Positions 9,218-18,154 of a stretch of 64,000 bases of DNA are shown piece after piece. Made by a program: the position numbers and the translations under genes. Under the pieces are notes generated by a model. It was not told where the DNA came from, searched no databases, and was given only the letters and a program-made list of their open reading frames with translations. The stretch is from an uncultured Candidatus Saccharibacteria bacterium (GTDB lineage: Bacteria > Patescibacteriota > Saccharimonadia > Saccharimonadales > EFPC-124). The stretch lies in the NCBI GenBank assembly GCA_965225085.1, contig CBDDBE010000001.1:257641-321640 (forward strand), read 5' to 3'. Position 1 is the stretch's first letter. The number at the start of each line of letters is the position of its first letter.

Positions 9218-9559
9218 TTACCCTCTGGTTTCCTGCAGGCCGCGCCTCAGAGCCCCCAGAGCCACGTTACGCACGACTCCTGGCGGAGTCAGAGCCTTGA
9301 CATACTGGGGCAGGTTGGCCACATAGCCATCCAGCAGTAGCCCGATTGCGCTCCTGCCCTCTTCGCTGGTAGCTTCCTCAAGACGCTGGCCAGCCGCCCT
9401 CGTTAGCGCCCTCACCAGTGTCAGCACATCGACAGCGTGTCCCGCAAGCGTACTTGCGACTTGGGGGTAAACGTTGACCCGTAGCCAAGAGTCAGCGTCC
9501 ACGCCACACAGCAGCGATTCCAGGCGCGCAGCACCGGGCATCTGAACCGTTTCACTCAT
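9218..9559 (-). CDS. hypothetical protein
   Basis: Start placed at ATG 9559 (MSETVQMPG...), preceded by GGAGCAAAG. A TATAAT box lies at 9593-9598 (reverse strand). No recognisable domain. Confidence 0.5.
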   Translation of the reverse strand: MSETVQMPGAARLESLLCGVDADSWLRVNVYPQVASTLAGHAVDVLTLVRALTRAAGQRLEEATSEEGRSAIGLLLDGYVANLPQYVKALTPPGVVRNVALGALRRGLQETRG

Positions 9560-9619
9560 CTTTGCTCCAAGTGATCGAGAATGTTCCGTAAGATTATACA
9601 ATAAATCCCTGAAAATATA

Positions 9620-9644
9620 AATAGAGCCCCGATAGGGCTCTATT
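9620..9644 (-). terminator. Rho-independent-like terminator downstream of the NRAMP gene
   Basis: Perfect 10-bp stem aatagagccc / gggctctatt with a 5-nt loop, followed on the reverse strand by tatattttc. Confidence 0.55.
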
Positions 9645-9866
9645 AGTGCTTGGCTAGTGGGCTATGTATAGTTGCCACTCGGCGGGAACGATTTCCACCT
9701 CAATACGCTTGATCCTGGAAGGGACCTTGCGAATGTCAATGGGCATAATAGGAGGTACTCCTGTTTATTAATCGCGCGGCCGGTCGCTACGCGGCAACAC
9801 AAAGACAAATCTACCAAACGCAGCTCCAAGAGTCAATCATAAGCGCTTTCAATAGTCAAGGAAAAT

Positions 9867-11273
9867 CTACACCAATGAAGTGATGGCGGCCAGGCCGGCG
9901 ATTGCCATGACCCCTGTTATTATCCACCCCAGCACGGTTGTTGTTCGCTTGTTTACCCATTCACCCATGACCTTTTTGTTTGCGCTCAGACGAACGATGA
10001 GGAACAGAATAACCGGCGCGACGAGTCCATTTGCCACGGCCGAATATATCAACGCTTTGATCGGGTCCAGACCGATAAAATTCATGCCCAGCCCCACCAC
10101 CATGGAAATGATGATCGTCCCATAAAACGCATAGGCTTGTTTCAGCTTGCGATACAGCCCAGCGCGCCATTTCAGACTCTCGGCCAGCGCATAGCTGCTA
10201 GAACCTGCCAGTACCGGAATTGCCAGCATACCCGTACCGATGATGCCAACCGCAAACAGGAAGTATGCCGCATCACCCGCAAATGGCCGTAAGGCTTCGG
10301 CCGCCTGTGCTGCACTGGTAATATTGGTAATCCCGTGCGTGAACAGCACGCCGCCACATGCCGCGATAATAAAGAACATCACCACATTGCTGAGGAACAT
10401 ACCGCTCCACACGTCAGTACGCATCTTGCTCACGTCTTCCTTCGACGCTCCACGGCGCAGAGCAATTGAGGTCTCGCCAAGCAGAATTTTTTCCTCTACC
10501 TCTTGCGACGTTTGCCAGAAGAAGAGATACGGCGAAATAGTCGTGCCCAGAATCGCGCAGATCAAGAGCAGCTGATCGCGACCAAGTGTCAAGTGCGGCA
10601 AGGCAGTAGCCCTCAACACTTCACCCCAATTCGGATGTGCCAAAAATGCCGACACAACGTATGTGAGCAGTATCATCGCCAGCCATTTGAGATAGCGAGC
10701 GTATTTGACGTATGGGGTAAAAATCTGTAGCCCGACACTCAGCGCCGCAAAGGCAATTACTAAAAACGCAAAGCTCAACTGCGGATACAGCAGCTGTAGG
10801 CCCTTTGCCATGGCGCCCAGGTCCGCCCCAATGTTAAACGCATTGGCCGCAAACAATAACGTCGTGCACGTATAGAGCACTTTCTTAGAAAAATGCACGC
10901 GGATATTTCCAGCTAATCCCCTACCGGTCACTAGGCCGATGCGCGCACACATCTCCTGCACAACAGCCATCAACGGAAACGTCAGCGGAGCTAGCCACAG
11001 CAGTTGGAAACCATACTGCGCACCAGCCTGCGAATATGTCGCAATTCCCGATGGATCGTCATCAGACGCTCCGGTCGTAAGGCCTGGGCCTAAGGAGCGC
11101 CAATAATTTTTGGACCTGGTAATTGCCTTGCCGCTACTGATGTAGTGGCCGGCTTGTTCGGTCAGTTCGATTGTCTTCTCTAACGCCTCAGCGGGTAATT
11201 CTGCGCTGCGGGTAATAAAATCCTTTTTAGCGGACATACTGCTTGTGCTCCTCGCGATGTCCTTACTATACAT
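9867..11273 (-). CDS. NRAMP-family divalent metal cation transporter
   Basis: 468-aa polytopic ORF with GPGLTTGASDDDPSGIATYSQAGAQYGFQLLW, the NRAMP signature region. Confidence 0.85.
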   Translation of the reverse strand: MYSKDIARSTSSMSAKKDFITRSAELPAEALEKTIELTEQAGHYISSGKAITRSKNYWRSLGPGLTTGASDDDPSGIATYSQAGAQYGFQLLWLAPLTFPLMAVVQEMCARIGLVTGRGLAGNIRVHFSKKVLYTCTTLLFAANAFNIGADLGAMAKGLQLLYPQLSFAFLVIAFAALSVGLQIFTPYVKYARYLKWLAMILLTYVVSAFLAHPNWGEVLRATALPHLTLGRDQLLLICAILGTTISPYLFFWQTSQEVEEKILLGETSIALRRGASKEDVSKMRTDVWSGMFLSNVVMFFIIAACGGVLFTHGITNITSAAQAAEALRPFAGDAAYFLFAVGIIGTGMLAIPVLAGSSSYALAESLKWRAGLYRKLKQAYAFYGTIIISMVVGLGMNFIGLDPIKALIYSAVANGLVAPVILFLIVRLSANKKVMGEWVNKRTTTVLGWIITGVMAIAGLAAITSLV

Positions 11274-11310
11274 TCAAACCAGAACAACACCAATACCGCT
11301 AGTGCATACC

Positions 11311-12240
11311 TTAGAAAATACGCCGCTTACGCGCCACCACAAAGACCAACCAGCTTAATGCCAAACTCAAAGGAAACACAAATGCAAACGCCCACGGCTC
11401 GTGCTGAAACGGCAGCGGAATATTCATACCGTAGAGCCCATATATGACATTTGGCAAGGTAATCAGAACCGTAAATGCGGTCAGTACCTTCATACTGCGA
11501 TTTAGATTATTGGAGTTGATAGTCGAATATGCCTCGCGAATGTTGATAATCGTCTTGATGTTGCTATTACAGCTCTCGATAGACTGCTCGTTATTTAACA
11601 GTAGGTCCTCGACCAGATCTTGGTCTTCCTCGTATAGCTGCATGTGCTTACCCAGCAGGAGCCGCCGCAGGATTGCCGTGGTTGGCTGCAGTGCACTGAG
11701 GAACTCGTTCAGCTCGTCCTCTATCATCACAAAATCGATAAAATCTTGATTGCTAATCTCGTGCCCGTGCAGTCGCGCACGAATAGTCTTGGTCTGGCGA
11801 CTGATGTTGTTGATAAAGATCTCGTACTCGTCAACGATCTGGTATAGAATTTGCAGAACCAGCTTGGCACGCTGGGTCGTGGCGAACTCGACCTTGCCAG
11901 TCATGAAGCGCTGCAGACGCGGCAGCTCACGAAGGGCTACTGTTATCAAAATGTCCTGCCCGACGATAAACAGTAGCGGCGCAGTCGTTAGCTCCAAATC
12001 ATCGTTCGTATAGGCATACCGCGTAAAGATATAGCTTTTGTCGCCCTCTTTCTCTAGGCGAGGCATCTCGTCCTCGTCCAGCGCATCCTCCATGTGGCCT
12101 GGCTCCAGCTTGAAACGCTTAACCAAAAACTCTATCTCGTCCTCGGTTGGTTGCTGCACACACACCCACGAACCAGGATGGTATTCATCCAGTTGGCTGA
12201 CCTGCTTGCTGCGAAGGTTTTTGTAATAATAGGTAATCAT
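11311..12240 (-). CDS. corA: CorA-family magnesium/cobalt transporter
   Basis: 309-aa ORF with a cytoplasmic N-domain, two C-terminal TM helices and the GMN motif (IYGLYGMNIPLP). Confidence 0.85.
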   Translation of the reverse strand: MITYYYKNLRSKQVSQLDEYHPGSWVCVQQPTEDEIEFLVKRFKLEPGHMEDALDEDEMPRLEKEGDKSYIFTRYAYTNDDLELTTAPLLFIVGQDILITVALRELPRLQRFMTGKVEFATTQRAKLVLQILYQIVDEYEIFINNISRQTKTIRARLHGHEISNQDFIDFVMIEDELNEFLSALQPTTAILRRLLLGKHMQLYEEDQDLVEDLLLNNEQSIESCNSNIKTIINIREAYSTINSNNLNRSMKVLTAFTVLITLPNVIYGLYGMNIPLPFQHEPWAFAFVFPLSLALSWLVFVVARKRRIF

Positions 12241-12292
12241 ATTTTCAAATCAAATAATTGCTACGTGTGATTTTAGTATAACAGCTACATAT

Positions 12293-12332
12293 GAAAACGC
12301 CCCGCCGCATCGCTCACTGCGACGGGCGGGGC
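12293..12332 (-). terminator. Rho-independent terminator after the 74-aa gene
   Basis: GC-rich stem gccccgcc (12299-12306) / ggcggggc (12325-12332), followed on the reverse strand by GTTTTC. Confidence 0.6.
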
Positions 12333-12337
12333 CTGCG

Positions 12338-12562
12338 CTACTTGGCCTCGGGTGGAAAGTACTGGTCGGCCTCGGGGGTCCAGCCGGTATTCTCGACCCA
12401 AATGTTTGGGTAATGGCCATCTTCCACACAGATTCTGGCCAAATTCCACATGCCGAACCCGGTCTGATTCCGTGCGTAGTGCAGGAGCTCGTCCCGCGTA
12501 TCTCCATACACATACGCAGTCTGGGCACTGTGCCCGGTGTAGACCGCAACGAACTTTGCCAT
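12338..12562 (-). CDS. hypothetical small protein (74 aa)
   Basis: Start placed at ATG 12562 (MAKFVAVYTG...), preceded by GGAGGGGAAGCT. No recognisable domain. Confidence 0.5.
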   Translation of the reverse strand: MAKFVAVYTGHSAQTAYVYGDTRDELLHYARNQTGFGMWNLARICVEDGHYPNIWVENTGWTPEADQYFPPEAK

Positions 12563-12603
12563 AGCTTCCCCTCCAAAATAGGAACGCAACGATTGTACTT
12601 CAC

Positions 12604-12659
12604 GAGTGAGAACTCCCGCCGTACCAAAGATCGGCCCGGCGGGAGTACCCCCCTCACTC
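12604..12659 (-). other. strong intercistronic hairpin
   Basis: Perfect 10-bp stem actcccgccg (12612-12621) / cggcgggagt (12637-12646), extended by the outer pair gagtgag (12604-12610) / ctcactc (12653-12659). It overlaps the stop codon of the upstream gene. Confidence 0.6.
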
Positions 12660-13028
12660 TGCGTGCAGGAATGCTCTTGCGCGTTCCCTGAGGAGCTCAG
12701 GGTTTGAGCTGATCAGATCTGCGTTGACCGTACCCAATGGGTTGTAATCATGGTCCTCCAGCCACCACTGGGCAACCGCAAACGGAAGATATCGTCGAGC
12801 AAGCCCATAGTTAATGACTCTGACGACCTTATGGATGCCGCCATTCTGGTCGTACTGCCACACGGGGAAAAGGGGCCCGCTGTATGTCTCTAGGCGGATT
12901 GCCATGGGATCATTTTGGTTGCCGCCAAGACGCTGTAGCTCTTCGAGCGTGCATACCGAACGTCTAGTCACCAGCCAGGCCATCTCGCCAGCCAGCAGCT
13001 GCTTCATCCTATCGACATGATGGTCCAT
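12654..13028 (-). CDS. hypothetical protein; C-terminal part weakly resembles Xre/MbcA/ParS-type antitoxin toxin-binding (DUF2384-like) domains
   Basis: Start placed at ATG 13028 (MDHHVDRMK...), preceded by GGGAGG. The segment AVAQWWLEDHDYNPLGTVNADLISSNPELL recalls the W...P...LgG.sP.dll pattern. This similarity is from memory only. Confidence 0.45.
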   Translation of the reverse strand: MDHHVDRMKQLLAGEMAWLVTRRSVCTLEELQRLGGNQNDPMAIRLETYSGPLFPVWQYDQNGGIHKVVRVINYGLARRYLPFAVAQWWLEDHDYNPLGTVNADLISSNPELLRERARAFLHAE

Positions 13029-13053
13029 TCTAGCCTCCCAGGGTGCTCCATTC

Positions 13054-13066
13054 GCCAACCGTTGGC
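13054..13066. promoter_or_regulatory. candidate operator palindrome upstream of the 12654..13028 gene
   Basis: GCCAAC-C-GTTGGC has perfect 6-bp arms. It lies 26 nt upstream of the ATG, in the divergent region shared with the kef-type gene. Confidence 0.35.
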
Positions 13067-13142
13067 AAATGGTCATTACATGTTACCAAACCTAAGTCAA
13101 ATATTCTACACCCGCCCCCGGTGTGTCATACTATAGACAACT

Positions 13143-14831
13143 ATGGAACTCAGCTTGTTTGGCATTCTTAGTCTGGTTATCGTCCTGGCAGCGACCGTGT
13201 CGGGCCTGATGCGCTTGATGCGCCAACCATTGATCGTCGGCTATATTCTGACCGGCATACTCCTGGGGCCGGCATTCCTGCATGGGGTGCCGGACAATGC
13301 GGCGTTTACGGTATTTAGCAATATCGGCATCGCTCTTTTGCTCTTTATCATTGGTCTGGGGCTGAACACCACCATAATCAAACGGCTCGGGAAGGTTGTG
13401 CTACTGACGGCGACTGTGCAGATGCTGGTGACACTGGGCGCAGGATACCTGGCCGCACAGGCATTCGGGCTTGGCCAGACAACGGCGCTAATCGTCGGTG
13501 TCGCGCTGATGTTTAGCAGCACCATCATCATCGTCAAAGTCCTGAACGACAAACGCGAGCAAACGCGACTGTATGCGCAGATTAGCATCGGCGTGCTGCT
13601 ATTGCAGGACGTGGTGGCTAGCATTGCACTCGTACTTCTGGCCGCAGGGCATACGGGAAACCTCTCAGCTGGCGATGTTGGACTTTTGCTGGCCAAGGGC
13701 GTGGTGCTGGGCGGCCTGCTTCTCTTTGCAAGCAGCCAAATCCTCACCCGCCTCGCACGCTTCATCGCCGAGAGCCAAGAATTCTTGTTTCTGTTCGCGC
13801 TCAGTTGGGGGTTTGGAATTGCTACGGTCTTTGAGCTGGCGGGCTTTTCGATAGAGGTCGGGGCATTGTTTGCCGGTGTCAGCCTGGCTGCGATGCCCTT
13901 TGCTCAGGAGGCAGCTGCTCGGCTGAAACCACTGCGTGACTTCTTTGTGGTGGTGTTCTTCATTGCGCTGGGCGAAAAGCTCAACTTCGCGCACTTCGGC
14001 GACGTCATTTTGCCTGCAATCGCCTTTTCGGCCATTGTCATCGTCATCAAACCCTTTGCCACGCTGCTAAGCCTGGGCTGGCTGGGCTATACCAAACAAA
14101 CCAGCTTCAAAAGCTCAATAACCCTCGCACAGGTCAGCGAATTCTCACTGATTTTTGTCGTGCTGGCCGCCAGTAATGGGCTTGTGCCCGAAAACGTCAG
14201 CACCGCCATCACCATCACCGCCATTATCACCATCGCTTTCTCGACCTACCTCATGAAGTACGACGATAACCTGTTCCACATATTCGAAAACGGCCTGCGC
14301 CTATTCGAGCGCAAAGTAGTCCGCACCGAGCATTATCAAACGGCACAGCATACCTTGGTCCTCTTTGGATATCACAAGGGTGGCCAGGAATTCGTCAAGG
14401 CCTTCCGTGCAATGCGCCGCAAGTTTATCGTGGTCGACTACAACCCGGAAATTGTGGAAGAGTTAGAGCGCAAAAATATCGATTTCTTGTACGGGGACGC
14501 GACCGACCTGGAGCTGCTGGAGGAACTCAACATCGCCAAATCCAAGCTTATCGTCAGCACCATCACCGATTTTGACACCAACCAGGCGCTCCTGGCCCAC
14601 ATCATGCGCGTCAACCCACATGCTATCGTCATCTGCCACTCCGACAGCTATGAGGAAGCCGCTGCGCTGTACCGCCTGGGCGCAACATATGTCATGATGC
14701 CGCATCTTATCGGCAGCGAGCGCATCAGTAACTTCGTGCGGCGGGCAGGCCTCAGCCACAAGGAATTCCAAAGCTACCGTGAAAAACACCTTATTCTTCT
14801 GGAATCTCAGCTGAAAGCTGCTGCAAAATAG
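13143..14831 (+). CDS. CPA2-family cation:proton antiporter with C-terminal RCK/TrkA-N domain (Kef-type)
   Basis: 562-aa ORF with about 12 TM helices (PLIVGYILTGILLGP...) followed by a Rossmann-like RCK domain (HTLVLFGYHKGGQEFVKAF...VVDYNPE). Confidence 0.85.
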   Translation: MELSLFGILSLVIVLAATVSGLMRLMRQPLIVGYILTGILLGPAFLHGVPDNAAFTVFSNIGIALLLFIIGLGLNTTIIKRLGKVVLLTATVQMLVTLGAGYLAAQAFGLGQTTALIVGVALMFSSTIIIVKVLNDKREQTRLYAQISIGVLLLQDVVASIALVLLAAGHTGNLSAGDVGLLLAKGVVLGGLLLFASSQILTRLARFIAESQEFLFLFALSWGFGIATVFELAGFSIEVGALFAGVSLAAMPFAQEAAARLKPLRDFFVVVFFIALGEKLNFAHFGDVILPAIAFSAIVIVIKPFATLLSLGWLGYTKQTSFKSSITLAQVSEFSLIFVVLAASNGLVPENVSTAITITAIITIAFSTYLMKYDDNLFHIFENGLRLFERKVVRTEHYQTAQHTLVLFGYHKGGQEFVKAFRAMRRKFIVVDYNPEIVEELERKNIDFLYGDATDLELLEELNIAKSKLIVSTITDFDTNQALLAHIMRVNPHAIVICHSDSYEEAAALYRLGATYVMMPHLIGSERISNFVRRAGLSHKEFQSYREKHLILLESQLKAAAK

Positions 14832-16605
14832 CCGCCTCCAGCGCCTCGGCCTCCCGACCACCGATGTGACTGCCTGCTTCGTCAACGTATATAGTGTGTG
14901 CGCCGCCGACGATAATCAACTGCTGGCGAACATAGGTGGCCGCCCCGATCTGATACGCCCGGCCGTACTCTAGGCGTAGGCGAGGGCGTCGTTCGACCAA
15001 GTCTTCAATGCCACTAGCCTTCTGCTCGACCAGCCCCGGACGGCGTGTCAGCTCGCCGGTTGCTTTATTGACAAACGAGCCACACGAATTGCATGTCATG
15101 CGATCCACCGTCTCCGTAGCGTTGACCTTTTGCTCACAGCACGGGCATTGTACGCCTTCATGGATGGTAAAACCCTTATCCCGAATCTCTTCGCAGTGCT
15201 TCATAATGCGTAGCGCTTGCTCGAGCGTCACGTTCATCTTCCGAGCTAGCTCGGCCGCAGAGGCGATAGAGCCTGCACCCGAAGCGACAGCCTCCAGGGC
15301 AGAGGCGGCTGTCGCCGTCTCGCAACCCGCAAATGCCTCTCCATTGACTGCCGCTTCGATGCCGTTACTGCTAGCCGCATCAGCGTACGAATCCATAAAG
15401 TCGCCATCGCTCGTATACTCCAGCTGCTCGACCGATCCCGTTTCGACAAACCGACCATACAGCCGCGTCATGGTGGCGTGATGGTCGTACACCAACAGCT
15501 CGCGGCAGTTCATTGCCATATCCATCGTGACACTGCCGCTCTGTAGCTGCACACGCAGTCGGTTCAGTTTATCCTGGCTCAGGACGCTATGCCCAGCTTG
15601 TTGCTGTCCATCCAAACACTTCAACAGATATTTCTGAAGTGAAGAATGCAACCGCTGGCCCGCCAAATGCTGCGCCAGCAGATCGTTGTATGCCAGATAC
15701 CCTGCCCAATACTCGCCACAGTGCTCGTCAAAAAACTCATGCGCATCTGGCTTATCATCAGTCCGGCCAAAACGATGCTTCTTGCCCGTTTTAGCCTCGA
15801 GCGCTTCATCGTATACGCTCACACGCGCCGCGATGACAACTTCGATCGGCACGTGCGTCGTATTGCCAGTGGTCAAATATTGCCCGTACTGGTGCGACGG
15901 CAACGACCTAAAATCAACATCCGCATGCCCGTATGTCTGCAACACCGCTGCATGCCCTTCAAGGTCGCTGCTATCTAACCTCGTAGCGCTCAGCTCCAAG
16001 CGGCCATCTGCCAATCGCCGCGCGGTGTAATCGAACGCTTTTCGCTGCTCTAGGTTGTAAAAGCGCGAATTCAGCAGTCGCACCGCCTCGTCGATATCGC
16101 TCGTCAGCTCGCTGGCAACCGGGCATGTCGATATCATCTGTATAGTATCGACATTCCGGTAGGCACCCTGGCGGTGCATCATCATCTCGATCGCTTCATA
16201 AAATTCCAGGAACAACTCGTCACGCTTCAGCTGAAAATCCAGCCCTGGCTCACGCTCGACGTCAGCTCGCGTTTTCTCTAGGCCATTTTGATAGACATCA
16301 CGAAGTGTCAAGCGCGGCCGCAAGCCATCAGTTTCCTTCACGATAACATCCCTGCCGTCGAACAAAAACCGGTCTATATGGCTATGCGGTGCGTTCAAAA
16401 TCTCGGCTGCCCACGTGCGCTCCTCGACATCCACACGCTCCATCGTCTCGGGCCGCACGTGACCATGCGCGCGAATGTCATCTATCAGCATGCGCGTCGT
16501 AGCAAATCGCGGATCAGAAGCATGCAGCCGCTCCCACTGCTGATATGCCTCGTACCTTTGTTCCCCAATTTGCTCCCGCGCGAGCACGTCCGTCGCTACT
16601 GACAT
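14791..16605 (-). CDS. large orphan protein with C-terminal CxxC...CxxC zinc ribbon
   Basis: 604-aa ORF preceded by a GGGGGAGGGG RBS. It has no recognisable catalytic domain. The zinc-ribbon segment is GVQCPCCEQKVNATETVDRMTCNSCGSF. Its 3' end overlaps the kef-type gene by 41 nt. Confidence 0.65.
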   Translation of the reverse strand: MSVATDVLAREQIGEQRYEAYQQWERLHASDPRFATTRMLIDDIRAHGHVRPETMERVDVEERTWAAEILNAPHSHIDRFLFDGRDVIVKETDGLRPRLTLRDVYQNGLEKTRADVEREPGLDFQLKRDELFLEFYEAIEMMMHRQGAYRNVDTIQMISTCPVASELTSDIDEAVRLLNSRFYNLEQRKAFDYTARRLADGRLELSATRLDSSDLEGHAAVLQTYGHADVDFRSLPSHQYGQYLTTGNTTHVPIEVVIAARVSVYDEALEAKTGKKHRFGRTDDKPDAHEFFDEHCGEYWAGYLAYNDLLAQHLAGQRLHSSLQKYLLKCLDGQQQAGHSVLSQDKLNRLRVQLQSGSVTMDMAMNCRELLVYDHHATMTRLYGRFVETGSVEQLEYTSDGDFMDSYADAASSNGIEAAVNGEAFAGCETATAASALEAVASGAGSIASAAELARKMNVTLEQALRIMKHCEEIRDKGFTIHEGVQCPCCEQKVNATETVDRMTCNSCGSFVNKATGELTRRPGLVEQKASGIEDLVERRPRLRLEYGRAYQIGAATYVRQQLIIVGGAHTIYVDEAGSHIGGREAEALEAAILQQLSAEIPEE

Positions 16606-16846
16606 TCCTTAAAACCCCTCCCCCGCTACGGAAAAAGAGGCCTTGAAAAAATCAACGCGTACAACCTTCCTGCTCGGGAGTATCACTCAGCTGATGTATC
16701 GGACTTCTTGCTTATCGGCAAGTTACCGTTGCGGCACAGTTCACGATTTGCACGTGATTCCACCAACTGAGCGGATAATTGTTAAGTTCGTTATTTTAGT
16801 ATAGCAGATGAGACTGACGCTGCTTTTACTTTTAGGCGTGCCAAAC

Positions 16847-16865
16847 TTTGCAACTTCGTCGCAAA
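16847..16865. promoter_or_regulatory. candidate operator (imperfect palindrome) upstream of the Fur-family gene
   Basis: TTTGCAAC-TTC-GTCGCAAA matches 7/8 between arms. It ends 17 nt upstream of ATG 16883. Confidence 0.35.
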
Positions 16866-16882
16866 AAATATACAATCAACCC

Positions 16883-17302
16883 ATGCATGATCGGCTTATC
16901 TCTACGCTCAAAAGTTCCGGGTACAACATCACGCGGCCTCGACGTGAAGTTTTCGATGAGCTCCACAAGGCTACGCCGATTACAATTGCAAGATTATCGC
17001 AAAGATGCGCACAAACGCTCGACAGAGCAACCGTGTACCGCACCGTTGCCCTATTCGAGAAACTCGGCATCGTAAACCGTATATGGCACGGTTTCAAGAG
17101 CCAACTCGAGCTCAGTGAAATTTTTACCCCACACCATCACCACGCCGTTTGTCAGTCGTGCGAACAGACGATAGACCTGGTCAATACAGAGCTCGAAAGC
17201 GCAGTTTCGCGGTTGGGTCGTGAGCATAATTTCCTGACGCTCGGACACACAATCGAGCTCAGCGGCTACTGCCAACAATGCCAAAATCAAACTAGAGGTT
17301 GA
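16883..17302 (+). CDS. Fur-family transcriptional regulator (Fur/Zur/PerR type)
   Basis: Start placed at ATG 16883 (MHDRLISTLKSSGYNITRPRREVF...). It has a winged helix, an HHHH AVCQSC motif and a C-terminal CQQC, the Fur-family metal sites. Confidence 0.85.
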   Translation: MHDRLISTLKSSGYNITRPRREVFDELHKATPITIARLSQRCAQTLDRATVYRTVALFEKLGIVNRIWHGFKSQLELSEIFTPHHHHAVCQSCEQTIDLVNTELESAVSRLGREHNFLTLGHTIELSGYCQQCQNQTRG

Positions 17303-17454
17303 CATTCCTTGCCTTTAGTCGATAATGTTATTTAGACAGGTCTTTATGTGCGCTAAAAAAGATCCCTACGAATCATTGGTTCGGACGATCCCAAGATATA
17401 TGTCGCATTGAGTGGTCGTCCTGTCACGAAGATTTAGAATAGGTATCAAGCACT

Positions 17455-17781
17455 GTGAAACTTTACGTTGGAAACTTGCCATACAGCACAACCGAAGAAG
17501 ACCTGAAGGAGCTTTTTAGCGCCCACGGTACGGTTGCGTCTGTACGGCTTATTAGTGACCGAGACACAGGCCGCTCGAAGGGTTTTGCATTTGTAGAATT
17601 CGACAGCGACGATGAAGCTAAGGCTGCAATCGACGCCCTGAACGGTCATGAATTTGGTGGTCGCGCACTCGTTGTAAACGAAGCTCGACCACAAACCGAG
17701 CGCCCTGCTCGTCGCGAAGGCGGCGGTGGTGGCTCTCGTGGCAACGGAGACTTCAACAGCTTCCGCCAGCGCAGCTGGTAA
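17455..17781 (+). CDS. RRM-type RNA-binding protein with Gly/Arg-rich tail
   Basis: GTG start. RNP2 is LYVGNL and RNP1 is KGFAFVEF. The C-terminus is RREGGGGGSRGNG. Confidence 0.9.
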   Translation: MKLYVGNLPYSTTEEDLKELFSAHGTVASVRLISDRDTGRSKGFAFVEFDSDDEAKAAIDALNGHEFGGRALVVNEARPQTERPARREGGGGGSRGNGDFNSFRQRSW

Positions 17782-17793
17782 GCTCGTCTCTTC

Positions 17794-17826
17794 AAAAAAC
17801 CACTTCAGAAATGAGGTGGTTTTTTG
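17794..17826 (+). terminator. Rho-independent terminator
   Basis: aaaaaaccacttc-agaaat-gaggtggtttttt: a stem with one G-U pair, an A-tract and a T-tract, 13 nt after the stop. Confidence 0.8.
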
Positions 17827-17887
17827 ATACTTGCCAAACAGCCGGGTTGGCGTTACATTGTATACTTAGTAATACAAATCATACCTC

Positions 17888-18154
17888 ATGCAATCAACCG
17901 AGGATCCATTTACACCACTTCTTACCACGGCAACGGTCGGCACCAAGGGACAAATTGTGATCCCCCTTGAGGCGCGCGCCCGGCTCGGCATCAAGCCAGG
18001 CGACAAAGTAGTGGTGATGATGCGCGATCGTCACGCGGCTGTCGTGCTTCCGATGGAAGGCATGAGCCGGTGGCTCGATAAAATGACAGCCGATTTTGCC
18101 GAGCTCAAAACGCTTGCCGCAAACGAGGTAAAAAAAGAGAAAGGAACAACCTAA
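17888..18154 (+). CDS. AbrB/MazE/SpoVT-family DNA-binding protein
   Basis: 88-aa ORF with the swapped-hairpin motif GTKGQIVIPLEARARLGIKPGDKVVVM. Its stop directly abuts the next ATG (TAAATG). Confidence 0.75.
   Translation: MQSTEDPFTPLLTTATVGTKGQIVIPLEARARLGIKPGDKVVVMMRDRHAAVVLPMEGMSRWLDKMTADFAELKTLAANEVKKEKGTT

Noticed and set aside
9654-9746. 30-aa minus-strand ORF (MPIDIRKVPSRIKRIEVEIVPAEWQLYIAH) downstream of the NRAMP gene
   Set aside because: Its only support is a GGAG 11 nt upstream, embedded in a near-palindrome (AGGAGTACCTCCT). It is too short to evaluate without conservation or expression data.
11274-12337. Possible metal riboswitches (M-box, yybP-ykoY) upstream of the corA and NRAMP genes
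   Set aside because: The NRAMP leader is only 37 nt. The corA upstream gap (97 nt) is occupied by the terminator of the preceding gene. No conserved riboswitch cores were recognised.
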